A DNA stretch of 60,204 nucleotides, the filler included. It is 3 parts of 3 records of this genome, joined end to end, with 100 filler letters (N's around TTAATTAATTAA, not from the genome) between each part and the next. Parts side by side here need not be neighbours in the genome. Positions count along the whole stretch, not along the records: positions 16,353 to 46,557 come from SRR20825006_381; 2 more parts are not named here. One strand, given 5' to 3'. Each line of letters starts with the position of its first letter. Position 1 is the stretch's first letter. A program made the position numbers and the translations under genes. This document shows, one piece after another, positions 29,425 to 39,274 of this stretch. The notes beneath the pieces are model-generated. The model did no database searches and had not been told where the DNA came from. It saw only the letters and a program-made list of their open reading frames with translations.

Positions 29425-30765
29425 TCAGGCGCCTGCGATGGTCATGCCGTCAATGCGTACGGTCGGCGCATTGCTGCCGTACCGGAACTCAAGGTCTGAT
29501 GCTGGCACAAGATGCCTGAACATTTCCTTAAGGTTGCCCGCAATTGTCACTTCGCTCACCGGGCCATCCAGTTGCCCGTCCTTGATGCAGAAGCCCGCCG
29601 CCCCCCTGCTATAGTCGCCGGTTACGCCGTTCACACCCATGCCGATAAGCTCGGTTACATAAAGCCCGTCCTTGATGTCAGCCATCAGCTCAGCCGGGGA
29701 CTGCTCACCCGCCGCCATATAAAGGTTGCTGGTGCTGATGCCGGGGGCAGATGACGTGCCACGGCTGGCGTGGCCCGTTACCTCAAGCCCGAGCTGTTTG
29801 GCTGCAGCAGCGTTCAGAAGCCAGGTTTTGAGCACACCGTCTTCAATGAGGTTGGTTTTGCCTATGCGTACACCCTCGCCATCAAACAGGCGGGAAGACA
29901 GCCCGCGCACCACAAGAGGGTCATCGGTCACAGTCACACCGGGTGCGAACACAGTTTCGCCCATATGGTCCTTGAGGAAGCTTGAGCCTCGCGCCACGGC
30001 CATCCCGTTAATAGCGCCGGTAAAGTGCCCGAGAAGCGAGCGTGAAACCCGCGGGTCAAACACCACAGGCACCTTGCCGGATGGCATACGCACAGGGCCG
30101 ATGCGGCCAACCGCGCGGCGGCCTGCTTCCGTGCCCACCCATGTTGCGCCGTCCAGGTCTTCAAAATGGCGTGCGCTTGTGAACTCATAATCCCGCTCCA
30201 TGCCCGTGCCAGTACCTGCAACGGCGGAGGAGGAGATCGAAAAGCTGCTGCCCTGATAATGCCCGCTGAAGCCGTGGCTTGTCACGAGCGAGATGGCCCA
30301 GGATGATGCGCTGGCGCCTGCGCCCGCTGAGTTGGTAACCCCTTCAACGTTGCGGGTGGCTTCTTCGGCCTCGCGGGCCAGCTCGGTCAGCGTCGAGGCG
30401 CTTACGTCTGTGTCGTCAAAAAGATCCAGCTCGGCAAACGCGCCTTTGTGCAGCCGGTCCTCCGGCGCAAGGCCGCAATAATCATCATCCGGCACCGCTT
30501 TGGCCATGGCGATGGTGCGTTCGACCAAGGCCTTGAGGTTTGTATCCCTGCGGTCGCTGGTGGAAACCATGGCCTGCTTGTGTCCAATCATGACACGGAG
30601 GCCGATATCTTCGCCCTCTGAGCCCTCAACATCTTCAAGATTGCCTTCCCGCCACGATACCCCGCGTGAGCGGGCGTCAACCGCAACAGCATCGGCGGCA
30701 TCTGCGCCCGCTTTAACCGCTTTGGCGACAAGGTCGGAGAGAAGGTCGAGCGTGTGATCGGTCAT
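29425..30765 (-). CDS. pmbA: TldD/PmbA family protein (PmbA/TldE type)
   Basis: Motifs FDGEGV, TGHA, GVNGVTGDYSRGAAGF, EVTIAGNL; no HExxH; start at ATG 30765. Confidence 0.9.
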   Translation of the reverse strand: MTDHTLDLLSDLVAKAVKAGADAADAVAVDARSRGVSWREGNLEDVEGSEGEDIGLRVMIGHKQAMVSTSDRRDTNLKALVERTIAMAKAVPDDDYCGLAPEDRLHKGAFAELDLFDDTDVSASTLTELAREAEEATRNVEGVTNSAGAGASASSWAISLVTSHGFSGHYQGSSFSISSSAVAGTGTGMERDYEFTSARHFEDLDGATWVGTEAGRRAVGRIGPVRMPSGKVPVVFDPRVSRSLLGHFTGAINGMAVARGSSFLKDHMGETVFAPGVTVTDDPLVVRGLSSRLFDGEGVRIGKTNLIEDGVLKTWLLNAAAAKQLGLEVTGHASRGTSSAPGISTSNLYMAAGEQSPAELMADIKDGLYVTELIGMGVNGVTGDYSRGAAGFCIKDGQLDGPVSEVTIAGNLKEMFRHLVPASDLEFRYGSNAPTVRIDGMTIAGA

Positions 30766-30966
30766 GAAAACCCCTGAACATGAAGGCTGAAAAATCTGGC
30801 CGCCACTAAGCCATATATGGCCCCCTAGGGCAAGGGGGTAGCCAAGCAAAAGGCTGGGTTTCAAGTGCGCATCGGTGATAATATAAAATGTGAGGAGAGT
30901 GGTTGTGGTATGGTCATGCGTTGATTGTATAACAGGTGCAGGCACATACACAGGGCAGGAGACGGT

Positions 30967-31197
30967 ATGGATAAAACCAAATATACACTGGCGATGGTGG
31001 CTGGCGGCCTGCTGGTCCTGTTCGCCATGCAGAATATTGCCACTGTGCAGCTGAACTTTCTGTTCTGGTCTTTTTACACCAGCCGGTTTGTTGTCATCCT
31101 GCTTGCGGTAATGGTCGGCTTTCTGCTGGGGTGGATATGGGGCGCGAAAAAACGCGTCAAAACCAAAGAAACAGAGGGCAGCGAGCGGGAGGGCTAG
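30967..31197 (+). CDS. Small LapA-like (DUF1049) two-TM membrane protein
   Basis: LFAMQN...V.LNFLFW and GFLLGW pattern; basic tail; GGAG RBS. Confidence 0.75.
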   Translation: MDKTKYTLAMVAGGLLVLFAMQNIATVQLNFLFWSFYTSRFVVILLAVMVGFLLGWIWGAKKRVKTKETEGSEREG

Positions 31198-31236
31198 GCC
31201 GCCCCGCTCCCGCTCACCCGGAACTGTCCTCTATAT

Positions 31237-32127
31237 TCAATCGAGGTGTTCTTCAAAAAACGCAAGGGTGCGCGCCCAGGCAAGCTCCGCCGCGTGGGCA
31301 TTATAGCGCGGTGTGGTGTCATTGTGGAAACCATGGTTCGCGCCTTCATACATATGCATCTCATACTCTTTGGCGTTCGCCTTGAGGGCGGCGGCATACG
31401 CGGGCCAGCCCGCATTTACCCGCTCGTCCAGCTCTGCCAGATGAATTAGAAGCGGCGCCTGAATATTGGGCACATCTTCTTCGTCTACACCGCCACCATA
31501 AAACGGCACCGCCGCCTTGAGGGACGGCATCTTGGCCGCCAGCCGGTTTGAGACGCTGCCACCAAAACAGAAACCCACACAGCCTACATTGCCGGTGGTG
31601 GCCTCATGGTTTTGCAGATATGTGACGGCTGAGGCGAAGTCCTCGACCATTTCTTCGCGGTCCCGCTCGCGCTGCATCACCCGGCCATCATCATCGTTGC
31701 CGGGGTAACCCCCCAGCGGGAACAGGGCATCTGGCGCGAAGGCAACATAGCCCGCAAGCGCCACCCGCCGTGCCACATCACGGATATAGGGGTTCAGGCC
31801 CCGGTTCTCATGAATGACCACAACGCCGGGCTTCTTGAGTGCCGCAGAAGCATCCTTTGGCATCACCAGATAGCCCATCATGTCGCCCGCACCATTGGGG
31901 GAAGAATAGGGGATGTCTTTCGCCACAATGCGCTCATCGTCCGGTTTTACCTGTTCAGCCAGCGCATAGTTAGGCAAAAGTTGGTCCATCAGCGCGGCAA
32001 CGGTCAAACCGCCAACCGCATAGGTGCCAAGTTTTTCCATGAACGAACGGCGAGACATCAGCCCGTGGGCATATTTGTCATACAGGTCAAGCGCCCCTTG
32101 TGGTGGTGTGTGGTGGTCATATGGCAT
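31237..32127 (-). CDS. Dienelactone hydrolase family protein (YghX-like)
   Basis: Motifs LYDKYAHG...SRRSF, VVIHENRGLNP, GCVGFCFGG, DERVN, HGFHNDTT. Confidence 0.92.
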   Translation of the reverse strand: MPYDHHTPPQGALDLYDKYAHGLMSRRSFMEKLGTYAVGGLTVAALMDQLLPNYALAEQVKPDDERIVAKDIPYSSPNGAGDMMGYLVMPKDASAALKKPGVVVIHENRGLNPYIRDVARRVALAGYVAFAPDALFPLGGYPGNDDDGRVMQRERDREEMVEDFASAVTYLQNHEATTGNVGCVGFCFGGSVSNRLAAKMPSLKAAVPFYGGGVDEEDVPNIQAPLLIHLAELDERVNAGWPAYAAALKANAKEYEMHMYEGANHGFHNDTTPRYNAHAAELAWARTLAFFEEHLD

Positions 32128-32276
32128 TTTATTTTCTCCCCATCTCCAAGCATTAATTGCCATTGTGCGGGCAAGGACCGGGAAGGCAAATAAATTCCCG
32201 GTGATGAGACGTTTGACGACTTCATACTTTCCGGCCAATCACGCATGCGATATCACTGGGTTTGAGAGGAAGTTTT

Positions 32277-32792
32277 ATGGACGTTCGCATCATCAAAGCC
32301 GCTTCGGTTCACGCGCGCCTGCTACCGGGTATCGAGCGTTCGGCCGGGAAAAGCTTCCTGAATGTACCGGGTTATGAATGGATCGCGTCAGACACAGTGA
32401 TGACAGCCAAGGCGCACCTGAAGCTTATTGACAAAGGCACCGTGTGGCTGACGGTGGGTGCGGATGACCATGTGTGGGGTTTCCTGAGTGCTGAGGTGTT
32501 TGAGGACACGCTGCATATATGGGAAATTTCTGTGCATCAGGAAGCCCAAGGGCAGGGCATTGGTCGCAAGCTGATGGCGGCGGCTGAAACTTATGCAGTG
32601 CAGGAAGGCATAAAAGCCGTGTCGCTGACCACGTTCCGGGATGTACCGTTCAATGCGCCATATTATGCGCGGCTGGGGTATGCCACCATGGGTGAAGTCG
32701 AGCTGGATAGGCGGCTCAGGTCCATACTTGCCGATGAGGTCGCGGCTGGCTTAAGCGCCGATACCCGCTGCGCTATGATCAAGCGTCTCTAG
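32277..32792 (+). CDS. GNAT family N-acetyltransferase
   Basis: ISVHQEAQGQGIGRKL acetyl-CoA motif; LTTFRDVPFNAPYYARLGY. Confidence 0.92.
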   Translation: MDVRIIKAASVHARLLPGIERSAGKSFLNVPGYEWIASDTVMTAKAHLKLIDKGTVWLTVGADDHVWGFLSAEVFEDTLHIWEISVHQEAQGQGIGRKLMAAAETYAVQEGIKAVSLTTFRDVPFNAPYYARLGYATMGEVELDRRLRSILADEVAAGLSADTRCAMIKRL

Positions 32793-32798
32793 CAAGCG

Positions 32799-34913
32799 TT
32801 ACCTTGCAGCATCCTGCGGTGTTTCAAGCCGCGCTATCGAGGTCTCCAGCGTTTTCAGAAACACAGGTGTTTTTGTGGCAGGTGTGGCTTTATTCAGCTC
32901 GGCCAGTTTTTGCCAGCTTGCTTGTGCTTCCGCTTGACGCCCCGCTGCATATAGCTGATCGCCGTGGAAGAGGTATAGTTCCCCTGCAAAATCGAGCACA
33001 TTATGGGCTCTTAGGTAGCTTGCTCCCTCTAGCTCCAAAGCGGCGACTGCCTGGGCGGAGAGTGCTGTTGCGTCATCTATGTCTCCCTGCGCCGCTGCCA
33101 GCCGGGCAGAGAGTAAGCGGACCCTATAGGCGGTCAGCCGCCTGCTGATGCGGCTATTGTCTGCATCAAGTGCCCTTTTGATCTGGTCTTTGGCGACGTT
33201 GAGGGCGCGTGCCGCTTTTTCTGCCTCACCGTTCCGCAGCGCGACCTCGGCGTAGTCATGGTACACTGTCGCGGAATCTGCCAGCCACATGATGTTGGCC
33301 GGGTCTTTACTTGTCAGGGCATCAAAGTCCTGCGTGACCCACCATAATTTTTGCAGGGCATCCGGGTCGAGTGTTCCGTTGAGTTGCTCAGCGTGAACGA
33401 TCTGTTGCTGGGTCATGGCGGCGCGCCGCCTGATCTTGAAATTCATCGGCTCGTGCTTGAGCATGCTTTCATACAGTTCAAGGCGCCTTTGAAGATATAT
33501 CAGCGCAGTATCATATTGGCCAAGGGTGACATGGGTCACGGCAAGATGGAAGAAGCTGGTGGCAAGGTCGGTTTTCTTGGCTTCACTCTCGGGGTCGCCA
33601 TCCAGCACCTCTTGCCGCAGGAGCGCGCTTTTGTTGCAAAGGGCGAGCGCTTCCTGGGGTTGCCCGAGAGGCACAGACTTAAGAACACAAAGTGTGCCCA
33701 AGGTGTCGGCCATCAGTTCCTTACGCTGGTCGATCTGGTCCTGAAGCTTGGAATCGCTTTCCGGGCCAAAAGGCAGGCTCATATAGTGCTCAATGACTCT
33801 GAGGCGATATTCATATTCTGCCGCTGCATAGTCATAGTCACCCAGGCGTTGGGCCAGATAACCGGTGAAAAACAGTGTGGTCGCAAATCTCCCGACTGCG
33901 ATGCGAAGGTCAGGGTTGTTGACGTATAGCTCTTCTGCAATGGCTCGGGTTTTTTTGAAGATTTCCGCCGCGCGTGCCGTCTCCCCACGTCGTTCCAGCG
34001 CCTGCCCGAGCCTCAGGTTTGTGGGAATGATGAGGGCGATCTGACTTGCCCGGTTTTGAGTAAATTCTCTTTCGTTGAGGAACCTCAGAAGCGTCTCAGA
34101 CAGGTTCTCAAGGGTCGTTAAACTACCAGCAGTGAGCAGATCCTCATAAATCGTGTTCATCACGAGGTGCATCAACTGTTCGTTGTTGTTTAGATGCTTG
34201 GCGGCTTCAATGCTTTTTGCCTCGGCGAGCTTGAGAGCTGATTCAGCTTCCAGGCGAGCTTTGCGTGCCTCCAGTGCAAGCCCGGCTGTCACTGCCATGC
34301 CGACACTGGCTGCAATGGCAAAAGCCATAAGTTTGCGCTGGCGGCGTTGGGTCTCGCGCTGGACAAGGTCGTTAAGCCCAATATTCAGCATGCCTGCAAT
34401 CAGCTTCAGCAGTGCTTGTCGTTTCCCGTCGCCCGTTTCGCGGGCATCGGCGGCCAAGCCTTCAGCGGCAAAACCACTTTGCTTGCCTTCCTCGGTGAGT
34501 TTGAGTTTAAGCGCCTCGGGGAAACATTCTTGCTCGGGATTTTTAGCAAAAGGCACGCCGTCGATGATAACGCAGAGGATTTTGCTGTCGCCGCGGATGC
34601 GTTTGAACTCGGCAATCTCGCGGTTGACCAGTTTTGATCTTACGCTGGCTGGGGAGCATACAACGATCAGATATTCTGATGCTCTTAAGGCTTCAAAAAT
34701 GCGGTCTGTCATGTGGCCCGTGGCGGGGAGTTCATCCCGGTCCCTGAAGAAGCGGCCTAGCCGTGACGGGGCGGATATTCTTCTCCGCACATGGGTGTTC
34801 AGGCGATAACCCTCAAGGGCCTTTAACAGCCAAGCCGAGAACTCGTCGTCCTTATGGCTGTAGCTGATGAACGCCTTGTACTGATACGCGCTTTTTACCT
34901 CATTCTCACTCAT
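32799..34913 (-). CDS. TIR domain protein with one TM helix and a TPR-like C-terminal region
   Basis: TIR hallmarks AFISYSH, FFRDRDEL, LIVVCSP, VNREI (Glu99); basic RRQRK then hydrophobic aa ~195-214; helical repeats to the C-terminus. Confidence 0.85.
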   Translation of the reverse strand: MSENEVKSAYQYKAFISYSHKDDEFSAWLLKALEGYRLNTHVRRRISAPSRLGRFFRDRDELPATGHMTDRIFEALRASEYLIVVCSPASVRSKLVNREIAEFKRIRGDSKILCVIIDGVPFAKNPEQECFPEALKLKLTEEGKQSGFAAEGLAADARETGDGKRQALLKLIAGMLNIGLNDLVQRETQRRQRKLMAFAIAASVGMAVTAGLALEARKARLEAESALKLAEAKSIEAAKHLNNNEQLMHLVMNTIYEDLLTAGSLTTLENLSETLLRFLNEREFTQNRASQIALIIPTNLRLGQALERRGETARAAEIFKKTRAIAEELYVNNPDLRIAVGRFATTLFFTGYLAQRLGDYDYAAAEYEYRLRVIEHYMSLPFGPESDSKLQDQIDQRKELMADTLGTLCVLKSVPLGQPQEALALCNKSALLRQEVLDGDPESEAKKTDLATSFFHLAVTHVTLGQYDTALIYLQRRLELYESMLKHEPMNFKIRRRAAMTQQQIVHAEQLNGTLDPDALQKLWWVTQDFDALTSKDPANIMWLADSATVYHDYAEVALRNGEAEKAARALNVAKDQIKRALDADNSRISRRLTAYRVRLLSARLAAAQGDIDDATALSAQAVAALELEGASYLRAHNVLDFAGELYLFHGDQLYAAGRQAEAQASWQKLAELNKATPATKTPVFLKTLETSIARLETPQDAAR

Positions 34914-34944
34914 GACACCCCCTAAAGGTCATGTCTTGGCAATT

Positions 34945-36453
34945 TTACTTCCAGACCTTTTGGCCTTCGCCTGGAATGCCCAGTTTTTCCCAAATCTCAT
35001 CCACACGGTTTATGACCGTATCCTCCATATAAATCTCACGCCCCCATTCGCGGTTTGTCTCGTTGCCAACCTTGTTGGTGGCATCAAGTCCGAGCTTGCC
35101 CCCAAGTCCGGATTTAGGACTGGCAAAATCGAGATAGTCAATGGGGGTGTTTTCAACCGTTACGATATCCCGTACGGGGTCCATACGGGTTGAGATCGCC
35201 CACATGACATCTTTCCAGTCCCGAGCGTTGATGTCATCGTCTACTACAATCACAAATTTGGTGTAAACAAATTGCCGCAGGAAGGACCAAACGCCCTGCA
35301 TTACGCGTTTTGCATGGCCGGCATATGCCTTTTTCATGCTCACAACAGCGATGCGGTAGCTGCAGCCTTCAGGCGGTAACCAGAAATCGGTGATCTCCGG
35401 GAACTGCTGCTGCAGAAGCGGGATAAATACCTCGTTGAGCGCTTCACCCAGCACGGCGGGCTCGTCCGGTGGGCGGCCAGTGTATGTGCTCAGATAAATC
35501 GGGTCCTCGCGCATGGTGATGGCGCTGATGGTGAACACCGGAAACTGCTCAACGGAGTTATAATAGCCGGTATGGTCGCCGTATGGCCCTTCATCGCGGT
35601 AGTCGGTGAGGCTGACGTGGCCTTCAATCACAATCTCTGCCGTGGCAGGCACCTGCAGGGGCACTGTCTTGCAATCCACCAGCGGTACTTTTTTACCGCG
35701 CAAAAGCCCGGCGAACTGATATTCGCTCAGGGTATCGGGCACGGGTGTTACGGCGGCCAGAATGGTGCCCGGGTCCGCGCCGATGACGACGGCTGCGGGC
35801 AGAGGCTCGGGGTTCTTGTCTTTCCAGCGGGCATATTGCTGCGCACCACCCCGGTGCTTGAGCCAGCGCATCAGGGTCTGGTTTTTGTTCAGCTTCTGCA
35901 TGCGGTAGATGCCGAGATTATAGTTATCCTCGGCTTTATCCGATGGCCCTTTGGTGACCACGAGCGGCCATGTGATCAGCGGTGCGGGCTCGCCCGGCCA
36001 GCAGGTCTGGATCGGCAGGCGGTCAAGGTCGATATCATCGCCGGTTAACACCACTTCCTGCACCGGTGCTTTTTTCACCCGTTTTGGCTTCATAGACAGC
36101 ACTTGTTTGGCAAGTGGCAGCAGGCTGATGGCATCCTTGATGCCGCGCGGTGGCTCAGGCTGCCGGAGGAACGCGAGTGTTTCACCCACTTCCCGAAGCT
36201 CATGCGGCTCACGGTTCATGCCCCAGGCTACGCGCTCCACGGTGCCAAACAGGTTTACGAGCACGGGCATCTCTGCCTTCTCGCCCTGTTCATTCACCAC
36301 ATTTTCAAACAAGAGTGCCGGGCCACCAGCGTGCAGCACGCGGGTCTGGATTTCGGTCAGCTCAAGGTTGGTTGAAACCTGTTCGGTGACACGAACGAGC
36401 CTGCCTTCGGCTTCAAGCCGGTCGATAAATTCACGTAAAGAATCGTATGCCAT
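34945..36453 (-). CDS. ubiD: 4-hydroxy-3-polyprenylbenzoate decarboxylase (prFMN-dependent)
   Basis: Motifs [45 protein letters not shown]. Confidence 0.95.
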   Translation of the reverse strand: MAYDSLREFIDRLEAEGRLVRVTEQVSTNLELTEIQTRVLHAGGPALLFENVVNEQGEKAEMPVLVNLFGTVERVAWGMNREPHELREVGETLAFLRQPEPPRGIKDAISLLPLAKQVLSMKPKRVKKAPVQEVVLTGDDIDLDRLPIQTCWPGEPAPLITWPLVVTKGPSDKAEDNYNLGIYRMQKLNKNQTLMRWLKHRGGAQQYARWKDKNPEPLPAAVVIGADPGTILAAVTPVPDTLSEYQFAGLLRGKKVPLVDCKTVPLQVPATAEIVIEGHVSLTDYRDEGPYGDHTGYYNSVEQFPVFTISAITMREDPIYLSTYTGRPPDEPAVLGEALNEVFIPLLQQQFPEITDFWLPPEGCSYRIAVVSMKKAYAGHAKRVMQGVWSFLRQFVYTKFVIVVDDDINARDWKDVMWAISTRMDPVRDIVTVENTPIDYLDFASPKSGLGGKLGLDATNKVGNETNREWGREIYMEDTVINRVDEIWEKLGIPGEGQKVWK

Positions 36454-36470
36454 GTTTGCCTTATAATGCG

Positions 36471-36566
36471 GGCGCAAGTGTGCGCCAAGCGCCGATGATG
36501 AGGGTGTGGCACTTTATGCCATAGGCGCGCCCCGGATTGCGCCACAAAAACGCGCACACTTGCGCC
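36471..36566. repeat. Perfect 15-bp inverted repeat bracketing the hutI-ubiD spacer
   Basis: GGCGCAAGTGTGCGC (36471-36485) and GCGCACACTTGCGCC (36552-36566); partial third copy near 36585-36594. Confidence 0.75.
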
Positions 36567-36596
36567 ACATATATGCCTCACATTGCGCACACTTCG

Positions 36597-37796
36597 TTAC
36601 GAAACCGAAATAGTTTTCGATGGCAACACACCACCAACATAATAGACAAGCTCAGCGGGCTCGGAGATGTCAAAAAGGTTGATATCCGCGCGTTTGCCAA
36701 CCTCGAGCGAGCCACGATCGTTACCCAGCCCCAGTGCTTTCGCGGCATTCAGTGTGATACCCTTTAGCGCTTCCTCAGGCGTCAGGCCAAAGAAGGTGCA
36801 AGCCATATGCAGCATCAGCTGGAGCGATAGGACCGGCGAACTGCCTGGGTTTGCGTCGGTCGCGAGCGCGATGGGCACACCGTGTTTGCGGAACAGGTCT
36901 ACCGGCGGCAGCTTGGTTTCTTTGAGCACATAAAAGGCACCAGGCAGCAGCACGGCGGCGGTGCCGGCCTCTGCCATGGCTCGCGCGCCTGCGTCGTCCG
37001 TATGCTCCAGGTGGTCGGCGGACAGCCCGCCAAATTTGGCTGAAAGCGCCGCGCCAGAGAGGTTTGATAGCTGGTCTGCGTGCAGTTTCACATCAAGCCC
37101 ATGGGCTTTTGCTGCTTCAAAAACCCGTGTGGTTTGGGCTGGCGTGAAGGCGATGTTTTCACAGAAGGCGTCGACCGTATCGGCCAATTTTTCCTTAGTA
37201 ATAAAGGGGATCATCTCATCGCACACCAAATCGATGTAGCCGTCCGCGTTATTTTCAAACTCGGGAGGCAGGGCGTGTGCGCCAAGGAATGTGGTGCGAA
37301 TGTCCATGCCCGCGGCATCGCCAGCAGCCTTCGCGGCGCGCAGCATTTTCACCTCATCATCGGTGGTAAGGCCATAACCAGACTTGACCTCAACGGTGGT
37401 AACCCCTTCAAGCTTGAGGCGCTTGAGGCGCTTTAGTGCAGAGGCCGCCAGTTCTTCTTCGCTGGCTTGGCGAGTGGCTGTTACCGTGGAGATAATACCA
37501 CCACCCCGGCGCGCAATTTCCTCATAGGATACACCGTTCAGGCGTTCCTCAAACTCCCGCGCGCGGTTGCCGCCATAGACAATATGGGTATGGCAATCGA
37601 GGAAGCCGGGCAGCGCCCACATGCCATTACCGTCAATATCTTTCCGTGCATTACCACCTTTAAACTCAGATGCAATGCCGACATAGGCGAGTCGCCCATT
37701 TTGTGTGGCGATAAGGCCGTCGGCCACCGTGCCATAGGGCCCTGCATCTTCAGCCATTGTGGCGATGTTTATGTTGCGGATGATGAGGTCAAACAT
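36597..37796 (-). CDS. hutI: Imidazolonepropionase
   Basis: Motifs PGFLDCHTH, GGGIISTV, EVKSGYGL, FLGAHA, DAFCE, KLHADQL, ATDANPGSSP. Confidence 0.96.
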   Translation of the reverse strand: MFDLIIRNINIATMAEDAGPYGTVADGLIATQNGRLAYVGIASEFKGGNARKDIDGNGMWALPGFLDCHTHIVYGGNRAREFEERLNGVSYEEIARRGGGIISTVTATRQASEEELAASALKRLKRLKLEGVTTVEVKSGYGLTTDDEVKMLRAAKAAGDAAGMDIRTTFLGAHALPPEFENNADGYIDLVCDEMIPFITKEKLADTVDAFCENIAFTPAQTTRVFEAAKAHGLDVKLHADQLSNLSGAALSAKFGGLSADHLEHTDDAGARAMAEAGTAAVLLPGAFYVLKETKLPPVDLFRKHGVPIALATDANPGSSPVLSLQLMLHMACTFFGLTPEEALKGITLNAAKALGLGNDRGSLEVGKRADINLFDISEPAELVYYVGGVLPSKTISVS

Positions 37797-37864
37797 GGGT
37801 TTACGGTCCTTCAGTCGTGCGCGGCTCAAGCTTTATCATACAAGCCGCTTGACAGGAAGATCAG

Positions 37865-37890
37865 CTTGTACAAACTTGTATATACAAGTT
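37865..37890. promoter_or_regulatory. HutC operator in the divergent hutI/hutF promoter region
   Basis: Perfect 18-bp palindrome AACTTGTATATACAAGTT (37873-37890; TGTA-N2-TACA core) plus an upstream CTTGTA half-site; TTGACA at 37849-37854. Confidence 0.88.
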
Positions 37891-37900
37891 AGGAGATATC

Positions 37901-39274
37901 ATGCAAAAGCTTTATTTCTCGGAAGGATTGGTTGGGCGCGACTGGGCGGCAGACATCTGTCTGCATGTCGGTGCTGGTGGTCTTATCGAGAAGCTGGAAA
38001 CCGGCGTGAAAGCGCCAAGGGGCGTGCAGGTATATGGCCCGGTGCTGCCGGGTATGCCAAACCTGCACAGCCATGCTTTCCAACGGGCTTTTGCGGGGCT
38101 CGCGGAACATAAAACGCCGGGGCAGTCAGATTTCTGGTCATGGCGCAGCGCGATGTATCATTTCGCAAAACATATGACACCCGAAGCCGTTGGGGTAATT
38201 GCCCGAACGCTTTATATTGAGATGCTGAAGGCTGGATATACAGCAGTGGGTGAGTTTCACTATCTGCACAACAGCCACCATGATCAGGCTCTTGCGATGT
38301 CCAAGGCGGTGATTACGGCAGCGGATGAGACAGGCATCGCGCTCACGCATTTGCCGGTTTTATACCAGTCGTCAGACTTTGGCGGTAAGGCCGCAAATGA
38401 AGGCCAAAAGCCGTTCCTGAACGATGACAGGGCTTACGCAAGGCTTCTTAGTATCCTTGCGCCGCGTCTTAAAGGGCGGCACCGGCTTGGGCTTTGTTTC
38501 CATTCGCTCAGGGCCGTACCAGAAGGAGCCTTCGCTCCCGCTATTGCCGCGATTGATGAGTTAGACCCGCAGGCTCCTATCCATATCCATATCGCGGAGC
38601 AGGTTGCTGAAGTTGAGGCGTGCCTCAAGGCGACCGGCAAACGCCCGGTTGAATGGTTGCTCAGTGACCAGAATGTGAATGAACGCTGGTGCCTGATCCA
38701 TGCAACTCATGTGAATGAAGCAGAGTGGCGGGGCATGGCTGAACGCGGCGTGGTCGCGGGGTTGTGCCCAACCACGGAAGCCAACCTTGGCGACGGTATT
38801 TTCCCGGCCACAGACTATGTGGCGGCTGGTGGTCGTTTCGGTGTTGGCTCAGACAGCCACATCAGCATTGATGCGCGGGAAGAATTACGCATGCTTGAAT
38901 ATGGCCAACGCCTTGTGCGCCGGGCGCGCACCGTGCTTACGGGTGATGAAGATGGCCACACAGGTGAGTTTTTGTGGCGCAGCGCAGCCCTCGGTGGCGC
39001 GCAGGCACTTGGCCAACCGGTGGGTGAGATAGGAGCCGGGAAGCGCGCGGACCTGATCGTGCTCAATGCCAACGCCAGCCAGTTCGCGGGCGCGTCCTAC
39101 GGTCAAATGGTTGATGCCTTTGTGCTGATGGGCCAACCGAACCCGATCAGCCACGTGATGGTTGCAGGTGACTGGGTGGTCCGGGACGGCAAACACGCGA
39201 TGGAAGATGAAAGTTTCGCTGAGTACCGCAGCCTTGTGGGCAGCATTGCCGCCAAGATGGAAGGGGACGCGTGA
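37901..39274 (+). CDS. hutF: Formimidoylglutamate deiminase
   Basis: Motifs PGMPNLHSHAFQR, DFWSWR, EFHYLH, HSLRAV, HIHIAEQ, CPTTEANLGDG, GSDSH. Confidence 0.95.
   Translation: MQKLYFSEGLVGRDWAADICLHVGAGGLIEKLETGVKAPRGVQVYGPVLPGMPNLHSHAFQRAFAGLAEHKTPGQSDFWSWRSAMYHFAKHMTPEAVGVIARTLYIEMLKAGYTAVGEFHYLHNSHHDQALAMSKAVITAADETGIALTHLPVLYQSSDFGGKAANEGQKPFLNDDRAYARLLSILAPRLKGRHRLGLCFHSLRAVPEGAFAPAIAAIDELDPQAPIHIHIAEQVAEVEACLKATGKRPVEWLLSDQNVNERWCLIHATHVNEAEWRGMAERGVVAGLCPTTEANLGDGIFPATDYVAAGGRFGVGSDSHISIDAREELRMLEYGQRLVRRARTVLTGDEDGHTGEFLWRSAALGGAQALGQPVGEIGAGKRADLIVLNANASQFAGASYGQMVDAFVLMGQPNPISHVMVAGDWVVRDGKHAMEDESFAEYRSLVGSIAAKMEGDA

Noticed and set aside
30766-30951. N-terminal extensions in the ORF track (pmbA; likewise lgt, ygfB, ybaL, coaBC, AKR, hutH)
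   Set aside because: Upstream in-frame starts lack family similarity; downstream starts match the family N-termini
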